Shown here: positions 1 to 12,625 of the stretch, piece after piece | How the letters are laid out: each line of letters opens with the position of its first letter | How positions within the stretch are numbered: position 1 is the first letter of the stretch | Source of the DNA: Octopus vulgaris | Taxonomy: Eukaryota | Direction of reading: 5' to 3' | Length of the DNA: 64,000 nucleotides | Assembly: GCA_951406725.2 (NCBI GenBank) | Contig: OX597826.1 | Span: 46,004,001-46,068,000, forward strand | Translations under genes and position numbers: made by a program | The notes under the pieces: generated by a model | Seen by the model: only the letters and a program-made list of their open reading frames with translations | Databases searched by the model: none | Told to the model about the DNA's origin: nothing

Positions 1-341
1 TGTATGTATATATATGTATGTACATATATATGTGTGTGTATATATACACACACACACACACACACATATATACAAGATAGGTTTCTTTTCAGTATCCGTC
101 TACCAAATCCATTCACAAGGTTTTGGTGGGCTGTGTATATTTTAAGCGGAAATTTGGAAACAGAAGACTTATATAATAATAATAATAATAACAATAATAA
201 TAATAACAAAAATATATTTACAAATTATTATAAATACATTTTCCTGTTATGTTCAGTCTTTCTCAACAAATATATATATTTATGGTGAAAAGTTGTTTGT
301 TTATTTTGTACTTTTAACCACTGTATAAACACTTCTTGCAG

Positions 342-434
342 GATCATATGTTAAACAAATGGAGCTGTCTTGGGGAGGTGCAGTTGTCTGGTGAGGACAT
401 TCTTTCTCTGGCATGGTTACATAATGGTGTTTTG
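342..434 (+). CDS. MED16: MED16 coding exon (first in window; gene start lies upstream)
   Basis: ttcttgcag|GATCAT...GTTTTG|gtaagt; 93 nt, phase 0/0. DHMLNKWSCLGEVQLSGEDILSLAWLHNGVL resembles human MED16 DHLANSWES...IVALSWLHNGVK. Confidence 0.9.
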
Positions 435-3092
435 GTAAGTGAGTTTACATCCCCTTTTCTACTACTGCTCATTATCCTTCTTCTCCTTCACCCCCATTGC
501 TTGCTCCTCTCCTCTTCTTTCTCTGTTTATTCTCTCTTCATCTTTTCTCCTTCTTTCTTGCTTGCTTTTTTCCTTTCTTCTTTCTTTCTTGCTTGCTTCC
601 TTCCTGTCTTTTCTTTTCCTTCTTTCATTGTCAAGATTTTATGGCATAAAAACTGGGGATGTCTTTTTGTAGAAGATGTGGATGCTGCCTCTTGAGTAAG
701 TTTTCTGTGAAGTAGTAAGAATGACAAAAGTAATGCTGCAATGTCTGCTGGGTAATTTCAGATATACAGGTTCTATTTAATACCTTGTCATATGAACTAT
801 GGTGAAGAGAGAAAATGGGTTTTTTTTCCTTTGTCCTTTTTTGTATGGTCTGGAAAAAGGGACTATCTATGGTCTTGGCATCATGTGCCAATTTAGAAGG
901 TCTATGTGTAACAGCAGGATTTCTGATGTTAAGTCAAGTATACTGATTTGAGTTTCACCTCACTTTACTGGAGAACAAACAATCCCTCCAAGAATGGTCA
1001 GATCTATTAATCAACACTGTTAATGATTCTCTTGAATATCTGGAAGCCAGTGACTGTAGGAAAGACATTTGTAAGGAAAGGATTCTAGAGATCAGTGCAA
1101 GGTGTGTAAGTGTGGTGGGATGAACCCAGTATGGGTAACAAGAGGAGGAGAGCTGAGTGTGTCAGGAGTAACTGAGTTGGGTGGTGGTGGTATGAAATGA
1201 GACAGCTCTGAAGAACAAAGGCCTCAGTAGTGGTAGTACTAAAAAAGAGAGTATACACAGCATGTATATGGGCAAGGGGCCACAGTGTGTTGGTGATTGA
1301 TTATTACCAATCATATGAGCAATCTGTGTGTGTGTAGCAGCACTGGTCTATATTTGGGATCAAATACCCTGTATAGAATGTCTGTATGCGTAGCAGAAGC
1401 TGAGTTCCAAACCTGACATCAAGTACCAGTCTAGAATGTCTATGTGTAACAGCAGCAGCAGCAACCGTTCAAGAATTTGGACCTGGAGATCTCCATTTCC
1501 AGCGACTTCGAGGGCCACCTCCCAGTGGTGTCGGGCGTCAACGAAGAGCCCTCGACTACAACAAAACGGGCAAAGTTTTTTTGTTTTTTTCCAAGGTCTG
1601 GGGTCTCCTGCCCCTAAGCCCTAGACCATCACCTAATCACCCTTACCCGACTTGTTGCTTAACAACAACAACAATAGCAGCAGCAGGATTTCTGATGATG
1701 AATCAAGTACATTGATTTGGGCCTCACCTCACTTTACCGGAGAGCAAACAGTTGTTTAGGAGTGGAATATTTCTGGTCCTGAGGAAGGAGGCCTGTCTTT
1801 TCCCTGATGTAGATTTTTGACCAGTGTTTTTGCTATTATCTTTGCTATGTTAAGTACATATGTCTGGCCCCGAGAGAGATCCTTAGTGATAGTGAAGCCT
1901 CATGATTTTTAGCAACCTTGAAGATTCCAGTTGCATGCTTTTCTTTTAGAGAGATGGTTGCAGAAATATTTTCTTGATTTGTCAGTTGGTTGTGTTGAAG
2001 GAGAAAGATTAGCATGACTTTGGAAGAAGTCTCAACAATCTCTCTTCATGGAACCATTGTTGCAAGTTAGGTGTGAGGCGTCTAAGTTGCCTTTGAATTA
2101 CATATGGATGTTGGAGGTTGGGGTAGAATGAATGGTGGTATGATTTGCATAAGAGTGGATATTGTTGGGAGATGATGGCAAGTATGTTGTTGGTGTATTG
2201 GTAAAAAAAGAGTATACATATATATAATATATAATAACCATTTGAAGCAAGATGATTCATTTAATTTATTTCAAGTTTCTGGATTTTGTACATTCATTCA
2301 CGATAATGTTGATGATGATGATTCAGGGGACAAAGAGACGATTCTCTCTTTCTTGCCTGATGAATACACAAAAGCTGTAAATGCAGTGTAGTGACAAAGT
2401 GATGCATTAAATTTGAATGAAGAAATAAACTCTGTTGCATGTACTGAGTATCATAGGCATAAGAATAATAATAATGTAGGACATAACCAAACTCTGAAAC
2501 ACACTGGCTGTGTCACATATTGTGATGGTCTGTGAATTGAAAGGATGCCATCAATTGAGAGGATGAGAGATGGATTGAGGTCATAAATGGGTAGGTTTGG
2601 CCTGGAGATTTTGCATGCTAGATGTGATCAAAAGTGTTGTTTATATTGCTGGAAGCAGCATGTTTAAATGAATGATGAATGAACAAACATCAGGATCTAA
2701 GAAGAATGGTTAAAGAAAAATTAATGAGGAAGTAATGTAGCTTTTGTGAGTTCTAACGAGTTATGGTTTCCTTAAGCTGTACTAGTTTATATCACCTGTA
2801 AGGTTTTCACATTTCATCATCATCATCATCATCATTGTTTAACATCTGCCTTCCATGCTGACGTAGGTTAAACGGTTTGACAGTAGCTGGCCAGGCAGGA
2901 GACTTGGATCAGACTTCTGTGTCTGTTTCGGCATGGTTTTACAGTTGGATGCCCTTCCTAACATCAACCATGCAGCAGAATGGACATTGGTTTAAAAAAA
3001 AAAAAAAGAAAGAAAGAAAGAAGAAATAACATCCATGAAACAAAGCTAAATAAATAATCATTTTTTTTTTTTTTTGTTTGTCTCTTTCACAG

Positions 3093-3227
3093 ATCAGATT
3101 CAATGCTGACAAACGGGACAATCTGAAATACCGAGAGAAGTTTCCCCATACTTTGTTCTCTCCTTCTTTAAGTGACTTTGGTGGCCGTCCATTGGATGGC
3201 TTTGTCTGTGTCACATCAACTGGTCTG
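3093..3227 (+). CDS. MED16: MED16 coding exon
   Basis: Polypyrimidine tract, then cacag|ATC...GGTCTG|gtagga; 135 nt. IRFNADKRDNLKYREKFPHTLFSPSLSDFGGRPLDGFVCVTSTGL, cf. human [31 protein letters not shown]. Not in the ORF track. Confidence 0.92.
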
Positions 3228-5382
3228 GTAGGATAACATTTTTCTCCTTTCCTTTTTTGTATATTTTATTTTAATTCATTTTAATTGTTATTTCTTGTCA
3301 TCATCATCAGCTTTGCTGTTATTTTATGTTGGTGTATATATGTATATATATATATATGTATGCGTGTGTGTGTGAAGGCGCATGGCTCAGTGGTTAGAGC
3401 GTCGAACTTACGACTATGAGGTTGTGAGTTTGAATCCCGGACTGGGCTGCATTTTGTGTTCTTGAGCAAGACACTTTATTTCATGTTGCTCCAGTTCACG
3501 CAGCTGTAGAAATGAGTTGCGACGTCACTGGTGCCAAGCTATATCAGCTTCTGCCTTTCCCTTGGATAACACTGGTGGCGTGGAGAGGAGGAGGCTGGTA
3601 TGCATGGGCAACTACTGGTCTTCCATAAACAACCTTGCCCAGACTTGTACCTCGGAGTGTAACTTTCTAGGTGCAATCCCATGGTCATTCATGACCGAAA
3701 GGGGTCTCCGATACATATATATAATATATACACAATTATAAATAATGGCAAAAAGAAAAAAATTTTCTTTGCCAACCGCATAAAATATTTTCACTTACAT
3801 TATTACACCACTTGTCAAAATGAGGAAAGCAAGCTAACAGAAATTCATAAAAATATAGTTATCCCCGAATCTGGGATAATTTTTTTCTTTTTGCCCTTAT
3901 AATTGTATTTACACTTTTCACCTTAAAAGGTATTTTTCATATGCTGGCCACTGATAAAATTTTATCGTTATATAGGTGCAGGAGTGGCTGTGTAGTGAGT
4001 AGCTTGCTTACCAACCACATTGTCCCATGTTCGGTCCCACTGCGTGGCATCTTGGGCAAGTGTCTTCTACTATAGCCTCAGGCCGACCAAAGCCTTGTGA
4101 GTAGATTTGGTAGACGGAAACAGGAAGAAGCCCGTCGTATATATTGTCTCTGCAACATTGCTTGACAGCCAATGGTGGTGTGTTTACGTCCATGTAACTT
4201 TTTTAAAAAACTAACTTAAAATCGAACTGCACTCTTCAAAACTTGCACTAAGAGTAAGGACATGGTAAAATTCATCATCATCATCATTTAGCGTCTGCTT
4301 TCCATGCTAGCATGGGTTGGACGGTTCAACTGGGGTCTGGGAGGCCAGAAGGCTGCACCAGGTCCAGTCTGATCTGGCAATGTTTCTACGGCTGGATGCC
4401 CTTCCTAACGCCAACCTCTCCGTGAGTGTAGTGGGTGCTTTTTATGTGCCAGACGGGGCTAGCAAACGGCCACGGTCGGATGGTGCTTTTTACGTGCCAC
4501 CAGCACGGATGCCCGTCGGGGCAGCGCTGGCAACAGCCACGTTCGGATGGTTCGCTTACGTGCCACCGGCACTGGTATCACAGCTCCGGCAAGTTGATGC
4601 AGATAGTTTATCCCATCCTGCTCTAACTTTTAGTCCATGCAATTGAAAAAAACCACATTATTTATGGGATGAGCCAATATATTACAGTGCTATCGTACAA
4701 AATCACCATTAACCCTTCGTGGTTATTTTTAATTAGTTTGCTTATTTGTTAATAGTCCTGTTTGCAGGGAGAGAACTCGTGTCTGTACCAGAGCTCTGCC
4801 CCAATAAAACGTTAAAAAACACGTCCTCATCATAATCATCATTGTTTTAGTGTCCTCTTTTCCTTGCTTGTATGTACTGTGTTTATTGAGGCAGAATTTC
4901 AACAGCCAGATGCTCTGCTTGTCGCTAACGCTCACCTGTTTCAATGTAAGGTAGTATAATCCTTGAGTGGATATGTTTTCACAGAAAGCTGTAAATAGAT
5001 GATACCAATTGTATGTTGGGAACATCACCATCATCATCAATATTTAACGTTCGTTTTTCCATGCTGGCACGAGTTGGACAGCTTGACAGGAACTGGCAAT
5101 GGTCAGGGGCTACACCAAGTTCCAGAGCCTGTTCGGGTTGGTTTTGCTGCTGGATGCCCTTCTTAAGGCCAACCACTTTACAGAGTGAACTGGGTGCTTT
5201 TTACATTGCACCACTCACAATGTTTTAGTTTCTTATTTCTTTACTATTCACAAGGGGGTAAGCATAGAGGTGACAAACAAAGGATGGACAAAGGGATTAA
5301 GTTGATTACATCAACCCCAGTGCGTAACGACGATGATGATGATGATGACGACGACGGTGTGTGTTTACATTTGCATTCTACT

Positions 5383-5610
5383 AGGCGGCGAGCTGGCAGA
5401 AACGTTAGCATGCCTGGCGAAATGCTTAGCGGTATTTCCTCTGCCGTTATGTTCTGAGTTCAAATTCCACCGAGGTCGACTTTGCCTTTCATCCTTTCTG
5501 GGTCGATAAATTAAGTACCACTTACGCACTGGGGTCGATATAATCGACTTAATCCGTTTGTCTGCCCTTGTTTATCCCCACTGTGTTTAGCCCCTTGTGG
5601 GTAGTAAAGA
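5383..5610 (+). mobile_element. tRNA-derived SINE family B (representative copy)
   Basis: GGCGGCGAGCTGGCAGAAACGTTAGC...GAGTTCAAATTCC...GACTTTGCCTTTCATCCTTT...GTCGATAAATTAAGTACC. Many copies, e.g. 9000-9740, 14770-15130 (-), 33000-33240 (-), 34070-34470 (-), 40350-41640 and 50750-51450 (-). Confidence 0.85.
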
Positions 5611-6346
5611 TATATACATTTGCATTCTACAAATGTCGTTAAGAGTTGTGTTGTCTCTTCTAAGAACATAGCATTTGCTTGCTTTGCACCTTTGAAAACA
5701 TGAAAAATAAAAGGCCCCCATACTTGAGAAATAGGAGGGGCATTTGATTGCAAAACAATAACTCGACAACCCCTTCCTATATGGGAATACAAGCAAAACC
5801 GAACGAACAAATTTTGGTATGAACATTGTATTTGAGCACGTTGATAGTAAAAAAATAATTTAAATATAAATTATTATAAAGCTCCTTAAGGGAGGTAACT
5901 TAGCAGTAACGATAGAGCACCTTATTTATGATGTAATTATTGCTTTCATTTTATCTCTCTCTTTTACTTGTTTCAGTCATTTGACTGCGGCCATGCTGGA
6001 GCACCGCCTTTAGTCGAGCAAATCGACCCCGGGACTTAATTCTTTGTAAGCCCAGTACTTATTCTATCGGTCTCTTTTGCCGAACCGCTAAGTGACGGGG
6101 ACGTAAACACACCAGCAAGGCTGGCAAACGGCCACGATCGGATGGTGCTTTTTACGTGCCACCGGCACGGGGGCCAGGCGGGGCTGGCAACGGCCACGAT
6201 CGGATAGTGCTTTTTACGTGCCACCGGCACGAGGCCAGTCGGGATTTGAAAAATTACAATCTTATATTTCTGATAATTTAATCTTTTGTTTGTATAGTTT
6301 TTAAAAATATTTGTCATTTTTTTTTTTTTTTTTTGTTACTCTATAG

Positions 6347-7012
6347 GTATCCGTTGGACTGATCCAAAATACAGAACCTAGGATACGTTCTTATGTGGAA
6401 AGCCTGTCTCCTGCACACTTACGGGCATCTCTAGCCGACATTGCCTACAATGCCAATGGAGACTTGATGATAGCTACCACCGATGGTATGCCGTCTTCTG
6501 CCATTCAATGTTTTCTTGTGTCTTTGTCCATGGAGCAGACCAGCTGCGTCATCACGAGTCGTGCCAGTGCTAGTCTGTACGTGAAGTGTCACACAGAAGC
6601 CAGTGGAGGGGTTGGTGTCGTTGGCCGGCCGACTGGCCCGACAGCTGCTAGCGGTGTTGACCAACAGAACTTCTGTGTCACACACGTTCAGTTTGTGAAC
6701 AAGGACTATAGTGATACACTTGTGATCTGTGTTGGTGGTCAGAACTTCAGCTGGATCGATTTCTGGCAGTTAGTGGAACAGACGCATTCCTTGCACAGGA
6801 TGTTCCATACCAATAGTAAGCCGAACACTGTCTATAAAACCCCAAAATGGATGCATAAAGCTACGGTTACACACAACACCATGGTGACGGCTATAGCTGG
6901 GCCTAAGCTACCAACGATGCCTTGTGGTATGGAAACAAGCGGCTTCACGCCTTACATTGCAGTTGCCTACAGAAATGGTATTATTAAGTTGATTCACCGC
7001 TACAGTTTCCAG
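6347..7012 (+). CDS. MED16: MED16 coding exon (beta-propeller region)
   Basis: ctatag|GTATCC...TTCCAG|gtaagc; 666 nt, in frame with ORF 6395..7042. Motifs LADIAYNANGDLMIATTDG, AIAGPKLP and IKLIHRYSFQ match MED16 (LADIAFTGGGNIVVATADG, AVALPKLP, VHIVHRLSLQ). Confidence 0.95.
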
Positions 7013-7371
7013 GTAAGCATTTTTAATTACCCTTTTAATTAATCTGTCAAATGTAATGCTCATTCATTCACAATGTTTTGTAGCAATCATGCAATCAATC
7101 TCTGAGACTTGGATGATGTGATTGTTTATTTGTAGAATGATCTTGTAGGGAAGGTCTAAGAGGCCTGATCTGGCTGGTTTAAACATAAAACAAATAGAAT
7201 ATTTGGGCCTGATATAGCTGGTTTGAAAGCTAAAGGGTTGATTATCTTCTTTAAGTGGCCACAACTGAGATGCATTTCACAAGAACTTGAGCTCCTTCGT
7301 TACCTTTGGTCGGTCCTCAATTTCATATTTATGTGCCTCCTGCTAATATTAATGTGCGACGATTTCATCTC

Positions 7372-7585
7372 AATCGAAGGAGTGGGGGCTTTCTCCGTCC
7401 GGGTTGCGGATCCGTGGAATAAGCTGCCGGACGAGATGGTGAAGATGCCGACGACCGCTTGGTTCAAAGTCTCCCTTGACCACAAGTGGCCTGAACACCA
7501 CCCTGTACATAACTCCATGTTCCCCTACATGGCCTTGCTTTTTGCTTTTTGAGCCAAAGAATTAACTAACTAACTAACTAACTAA
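7372..7585 (+). mobile_element. CR1-clade LINE 3' end
   Basis: FSVRVADPWNKLPDEMVKMPTTAWFKVSLD (CR1/L2 ORF2 C-terminal motif) followed by a (TAAC)n tail. Confidence 0.75.
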
Positions 7586-9248
7586 TGTAGTTCTGTGGTC
7601 TTTGTCCTTTACTGGGGTACTGAAGTCTCTGAAACCTAACTTCACTTCTACTTTTTATTCTAATTTTATTATTCATCTAATTAATAAAGTACAAGCGTCC
7701 CCTGCATTACAGAAATGATTTGTTTCTGAAATCGTGCCATAATGTAGAACGCTTTAGTGTGAACCCTATTTTCTCATTGATTTCCGTTCCAAAGAATGGG
7801 AACATCGATGATAGAAATAATATTCGCGTTACAGAAACCCACGTTGAGTAAATATTTTCAGAGGCGGAACGTTCCCGTAAAGTGGCGCTGTTATAGCAGT
7901 AATCAAATTATTTAATGGTTTATAAAACCTGGGCTCGATAACCAGATAATCGTATGTGCCGATTTAAAAAAACAAAATTTTATCATCGAGTTACGCCCCC
8001 TGAACAAGGTACATAACTCTGACTCTACTGAAGTTACTGTACACAAACGTCGCAGTTTAACAACTGGACGGTTTTGTCAATTGTAGTTACTGCGACTGAC
8101 TAGTTGATGTAATCAGCTCAGATTATTGAAGTCAGTGCTGTCCCAAGATGGCCGCAATCCAATGCTTAAATCCATATCTTCAACACCTCACTACACATGT
8201 AATTGACTCGATTGTTTATCTTGTACTAGCTGTCGCTTTAACCAACAGATCCCAAATGTCTGATCTTAATGCATCTCATCATCATCATCATCACCATCGT
8301 TAAACGTCCGTTTTCCGCGCTAGCACGGGTTGGACGGTTCGACCGGGGTCTGGGAAGCCAGGGGCTGCACCAGGCTCCAGTCTGATCTGGCAGAGTTTCT
8401 ACAGCTGGATGCCCTTCCTAACGCCAACCACTCCGAGAGTGTAGTGGGTGCTTTTTAAGTGCCACCTGCACAGATGCCAGGGGAGTCCGGCATCGGCCAC
8501 GATCGGTTGGTGCTTTTAACATGTCACCAGCACGGAAGCCAGCCAAGGCGGCGCTGGCATCGGCCACGTTCGGATGGTGCCTTTTATGTGCCACCGGCAC
8601 AGAAGCCAGCCAAGGCGGCGCTGGCATCGGCCACGTTCGGATGGTGCTTTTTATGTGCCGCCGGCACTGAAGCCAGTCGAGTCTATTAGAAACAATTTTT
8701 AATGGGTTGACGGAATCATTGGATGAAATTTCTTGTGTTTATTTCGGGTTCTTTATATTCCCGTCTGTGGTCAGTGTAATTTAAATAACCCTTCCAACAA
8801 CTTGTGACCTTGTACCCCTGTTATAAAATCGCTACTGTTATTGGAACTTTACGTTCTGGGTTAAAATCCCATCAATGACAACTTTTCTCCTTGCGTATAA
8901 AACAGGGAACCAGTTATGCATTGGAGATGACGTGGTTGAACAATATCCTCTCTTAAAAAAATTGCTGGCCTCGTGCCTATTGTAGAAACCATTCTTATTA
9001 GGATGCTGGATTGGCCTAATCGTTAGTGCATCAGCAAAAATTGCTTAGAGGTATGTGTTCTGGCTCTTTAAGGTTTGAGCTCAATCCCAACCAAGGTCAA
9101 TTTTGCCTTTCATATCTCCAGGTTTGATAAATAAAATACAGTACCAGTCAAATACTGGGGGTCGATGTAGTTAACTAATCTGCTCTCTTCAAAATTTGAA
9201 ACAATTATTATTATTATTAATTATTATTATTATTATTTATTATTATTA

Positions 9249-9283
<35 letters not shown>

Positions 9284-9809
9284 AGAACCATTAGCACACT
9301 GGGTAAAATGCTTAATGACATTTTTCTTGCTTTTTATGTTCTGAGTTCAAATTCTGATGAGGTAAACTTTACCCTTAATTGTTTCAGGATTGATAAAATA
9401 TCAGTTGAACATTGGGGTTAAGGTAATTGACTAGTTCCCTACCATAAAAAATTTCAGGTTTTCTTCCAAGAGTAGAAAGTATTATTATTATCATTATTAT
9501 TATTATTATTATTTTTGTTTTTTATTTTATTTTAAGGCAGTGAGCTGGCAGAATCATTAGAACACTGGGCAAAATGCTTAGTGGCTTTCCATTCATCTCT
9601 ATGATCCAGGTTCAAATTCTGCCATGATTGACTTTTCCTTTCACCCTTTCAGGGTTGATAAAATAAGTACCAGTTGAACACTGGGGTTCATGTAATTGAC
9701 TTGGACCCTCCATTGAAATCACTGGCCTTGTGCTAAAATTTAAAACCATTATTATTATTATTTTTAAGTGTTTTACACAGAAATCATTATTACTATTATT
9801 TCTCCTTAG

Positions 9810-10089
9810 GTAATTTATAACTGTTGTGTGGACCAATTTCGGGAACTTAGTATCCCTGAAAAGCGTAATCTCAATCACAACCAACCTCCTTCCCACCTGT
9901 CAGTGCTATTACAGACACACAGCAGTTGCGGGATGATTGGTGTAAAAGACAACAACATCTACTTGTTCCGCTCTGTCAATACTAACGATGCTGGTGTCCA
10001 GATGTCACCCTCCTATATAGTACTCCTGCTTGAGTACGCTGCAACGACAGGCTGGGACTGGTGGGATATTCTCTTAGCCACCAAACAGA
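9810..10089 (+). CDS. MED16: MED16 coding exon
   Basis: tccttag|GTAATT...AAACAGA|gtgagt; 280 nt, phase 0/1. Contains LLEYAATTGWDWWDILL (MED16 LLEYCMVTGYDWWDILL motif). Confidence 0.95.
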
Positions 10090-11861
10090 GTGAGTATATC
10101 TATCTTCTATAATCTTCATGTGTTTTTTGTTTTTTTTTCTGTACTTAGGTTGCAGGCGTGGTTGTGTGGTAAGCAGTTGGCACCTTTGGCAAGTGTCTTG
10201 CACTATAGCCTTGGGCTGACCAAAGCTTTGCGAGTGGATTTGGTAGAGTGAACTGAAACAAGCCTATCATTTATGTATGTCTTTGTGTATGTGTTTACAT
10301 CTCTGTAACTTTGCAGTTCGGCAAAAGAGACCGATAAGATTAGTATCTGGCTTTATAAAAGAATAACGTACTGGGGCTTATAAGTTTGGCTAAAATTCTT
10401 GAAGGCTATGCTCCTGCATGACCATAGTCTAATGACTGAAACCAGTAAAAGATAAAAGAAGCTGAAAGTATGGGATCCAAGTGGCCCAGTGGCTTGGGTG
10501 TTACACTCATGATTGCAAGATTGTGGTTTCAATTCCTGCACCAGGTGGTGCACAGTGTTTTTGAACAAAACACTTCATTTCATGTTACTCCAGTACACTC
10601 TGCTGTAAATGAGTAACTCTGTGACCTGGAGTCCTGTTCAAAGGGAATGTTGTGATCTTGGATACTTATCATCACCATCATCATCAGCAGTTAATGTCCG
10701 CTGTCCATGCTTGCATGGGTTGGATGTTTTGACCAGAGCTGGTAGGGCCACGGGAAACACCAGACTCCATTGTCTTTTCTGGCATGGTTTCCATGGCTGG
10801 ATGCCCCTCCTAACTTCAACCATCCCACAGGGTGTACTGGGTGCTTTTAATGTGGTACCAGTACTAATGCTTTAAATGTGACACCAACACCAGTACTTTT
10901 TTATGTGACATATGATTGTAAGGTTGTGAGTTCAATTCCCAGCTGCATGTAGTGTCCTTGCGCAAGACATTTTTATTTCATGATGCTGACAAAAACGAGT
11001 AGTACCTGTATTTCAAAGAGCCAGCCTTGTCATATTCTGCGTCATGCTGAATCTCCCTAAGAACTATGTTAAGAATATGGGTGTCTGTGGAGTGCTCAGC
11101 CACTTGTGCATTCATTTCATGAGCAGGCTCTTCTGCTGATAAGAGCAACTGAAACCCTTGTCGTTGTGACCAACGGAGTGCCAGTTTTTTTATATGTATA
11201 TATGTGCCAGAGAAGCTAACTGGCTTCCGTGCCGGTGGCACGTAAAAAGCACCATTTGAGCGTGATCGTTACCAGCGTGACCTTACTGGCACGTGAAAAA
11301 ACATTCGAGCAAGGTCATTGCCAGTGCCACTGGACTGGCTCCTGTGCAGGTGGCACATAAAAAACACTATTTGAGCATGGTTGTTGCCAGTACCACCTGA
11401 CTGGCCCTTGTGCCGGCGGCACGTAAAAGCACCCACTACATTCTTGGAGTGGTTGGCGTTAGGAAGGGCATCCAACTGTAGAAACTCTGCCAGATCAAGA
11501 TTGGAGCCTGGTGCAGCCATCTGGTTCACCAGTCCTCAGTCAAATCGTCTAACCCATGCTAGCATGAAAAGCGGACGTTAAACGATGCTGATGATGTGTG
11601 GGGTGGGTGTATACACACACACATATATACAGCTGTATATCTGTGTGTGTTGCTGATTAGTGTTGGTTTGACTGTAATCCATCTAGCCCATAATCAGAAG
11701 CACTCCAGAAATGACATTCTCTGTATCTACGACTGCATTATCCAGTGTGTCTTATTTTTATAATATACAGGTAAATTTGGCTGCTGTTTCCAGCAGTGTA
11801 AGTAACTGTACATAGACACACCAGCACAGAAGAATTGAAACTGTTTACTTATCTTTTGTAG

Positions 11862-12091
11862 GTATGATAGAGGACATTTGTCAAAAGCTGAACGACAACT
11901 TCCAGAAGCAGCCAACAGCAGTTCAAGAATTGATGTGTTCTCGTCTTTTGGCCATCAAAATGGCTTTGTACAAAAGTAGTGCCAACAGCTACCATCTAGC
12001 AGCTGACTGTCAGGCTAAACTTCTCCTCTACACAATCGCATCTGTCTTTAAAGGAATCCTGCGTCCACGGCAAATATCTTCCCAAGATAAT
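11862..12091 (+). CDS. MED16: MED16 coding exon
   Basis: tttgtag|GTATG...GATAAT|gtatgt; 230 nt, phase 1/0. MIEDICQKLNDNFQKQPTAVQELMCSRLLAIKMALYK...KLLLYTIASVFKGILRP. Confidence 0.93.
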
Positions 12092-12263
12092 GTATGTACC
12101 AGCTTAAACCAAGGAACTTTCCTTTAAAAATTTCACAGCAGATTTTTGTTGTTTTGTATTTATTTATATGTTAGTATTTAATGTGGCAATTCTGAAAGTT
12201 CTGCCACATGCATGAGACTGCTAAAATAGCCCTGATTTCAGAAACTGGGGCACTTTTTATTTT

Positions 12264-12625
12264 AGGCGCAGGAGTGGCTGTGTGGTAAGTAGCTTGCTAA
12301 CCAACCACATGGTTCCGGGTTCAGTCCCACTGCGTGACATCTTGGGCAAGTGTCTTCTGCTATAGCCCCGGGCCGACCAATGCCTTGTGAGTGGATTTGG
12401 TAGACGGAAACTGAAAGAAGCCTGTCATATATGTATATATGCGTCTGTGTTTGTCCCCCTAGCATTGCTTGACAACCAATGCTGGTGTGTTTACGTCCGG
12501 CAAAAAGAGACCGATAGAATAAGTACTGGGCTTACAAAGAATAAGTCCCGGGGTCGATTTGCTTGACTAAAGGCGGTGCTCCAGCATGGCTGCAGTCAAA
12601 TGACTGAAACAAGTAAAAGAAAGAT
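12264..12625 (+). mobile_element. tRNA-derived SINE family A (representative copy)
   Basis: Head GGCGCAGGAGTGGCTGTGTGGTAAG...GGTTCAGTCCC with Pol III A/B-like boxes; tail GGCGGTGCTCCAGCATGG...GACTGAAACAAGTAAAAGA. Other copies near 3972, 17434, 18710, 26205-26608 (-), 54303, 56700 (-), 57010 and 60260. Confidence 0.85.

Noticed and set aside
336-695. 119-aa hydrophobic ORF as a membrane protein
   Set aside because: Only 342-434 is exon; the remainder is a CT-rich intron read-through.
1500-1556. Possible HDV-like ribozyme (GAGGGC-CAC-CTCCCA-GTG...GCCCTC)
   Set aside because: P2/P3-like pairing is present, but no 7-bp P1 partner or clear J4/2 catalytic C could be assigned.
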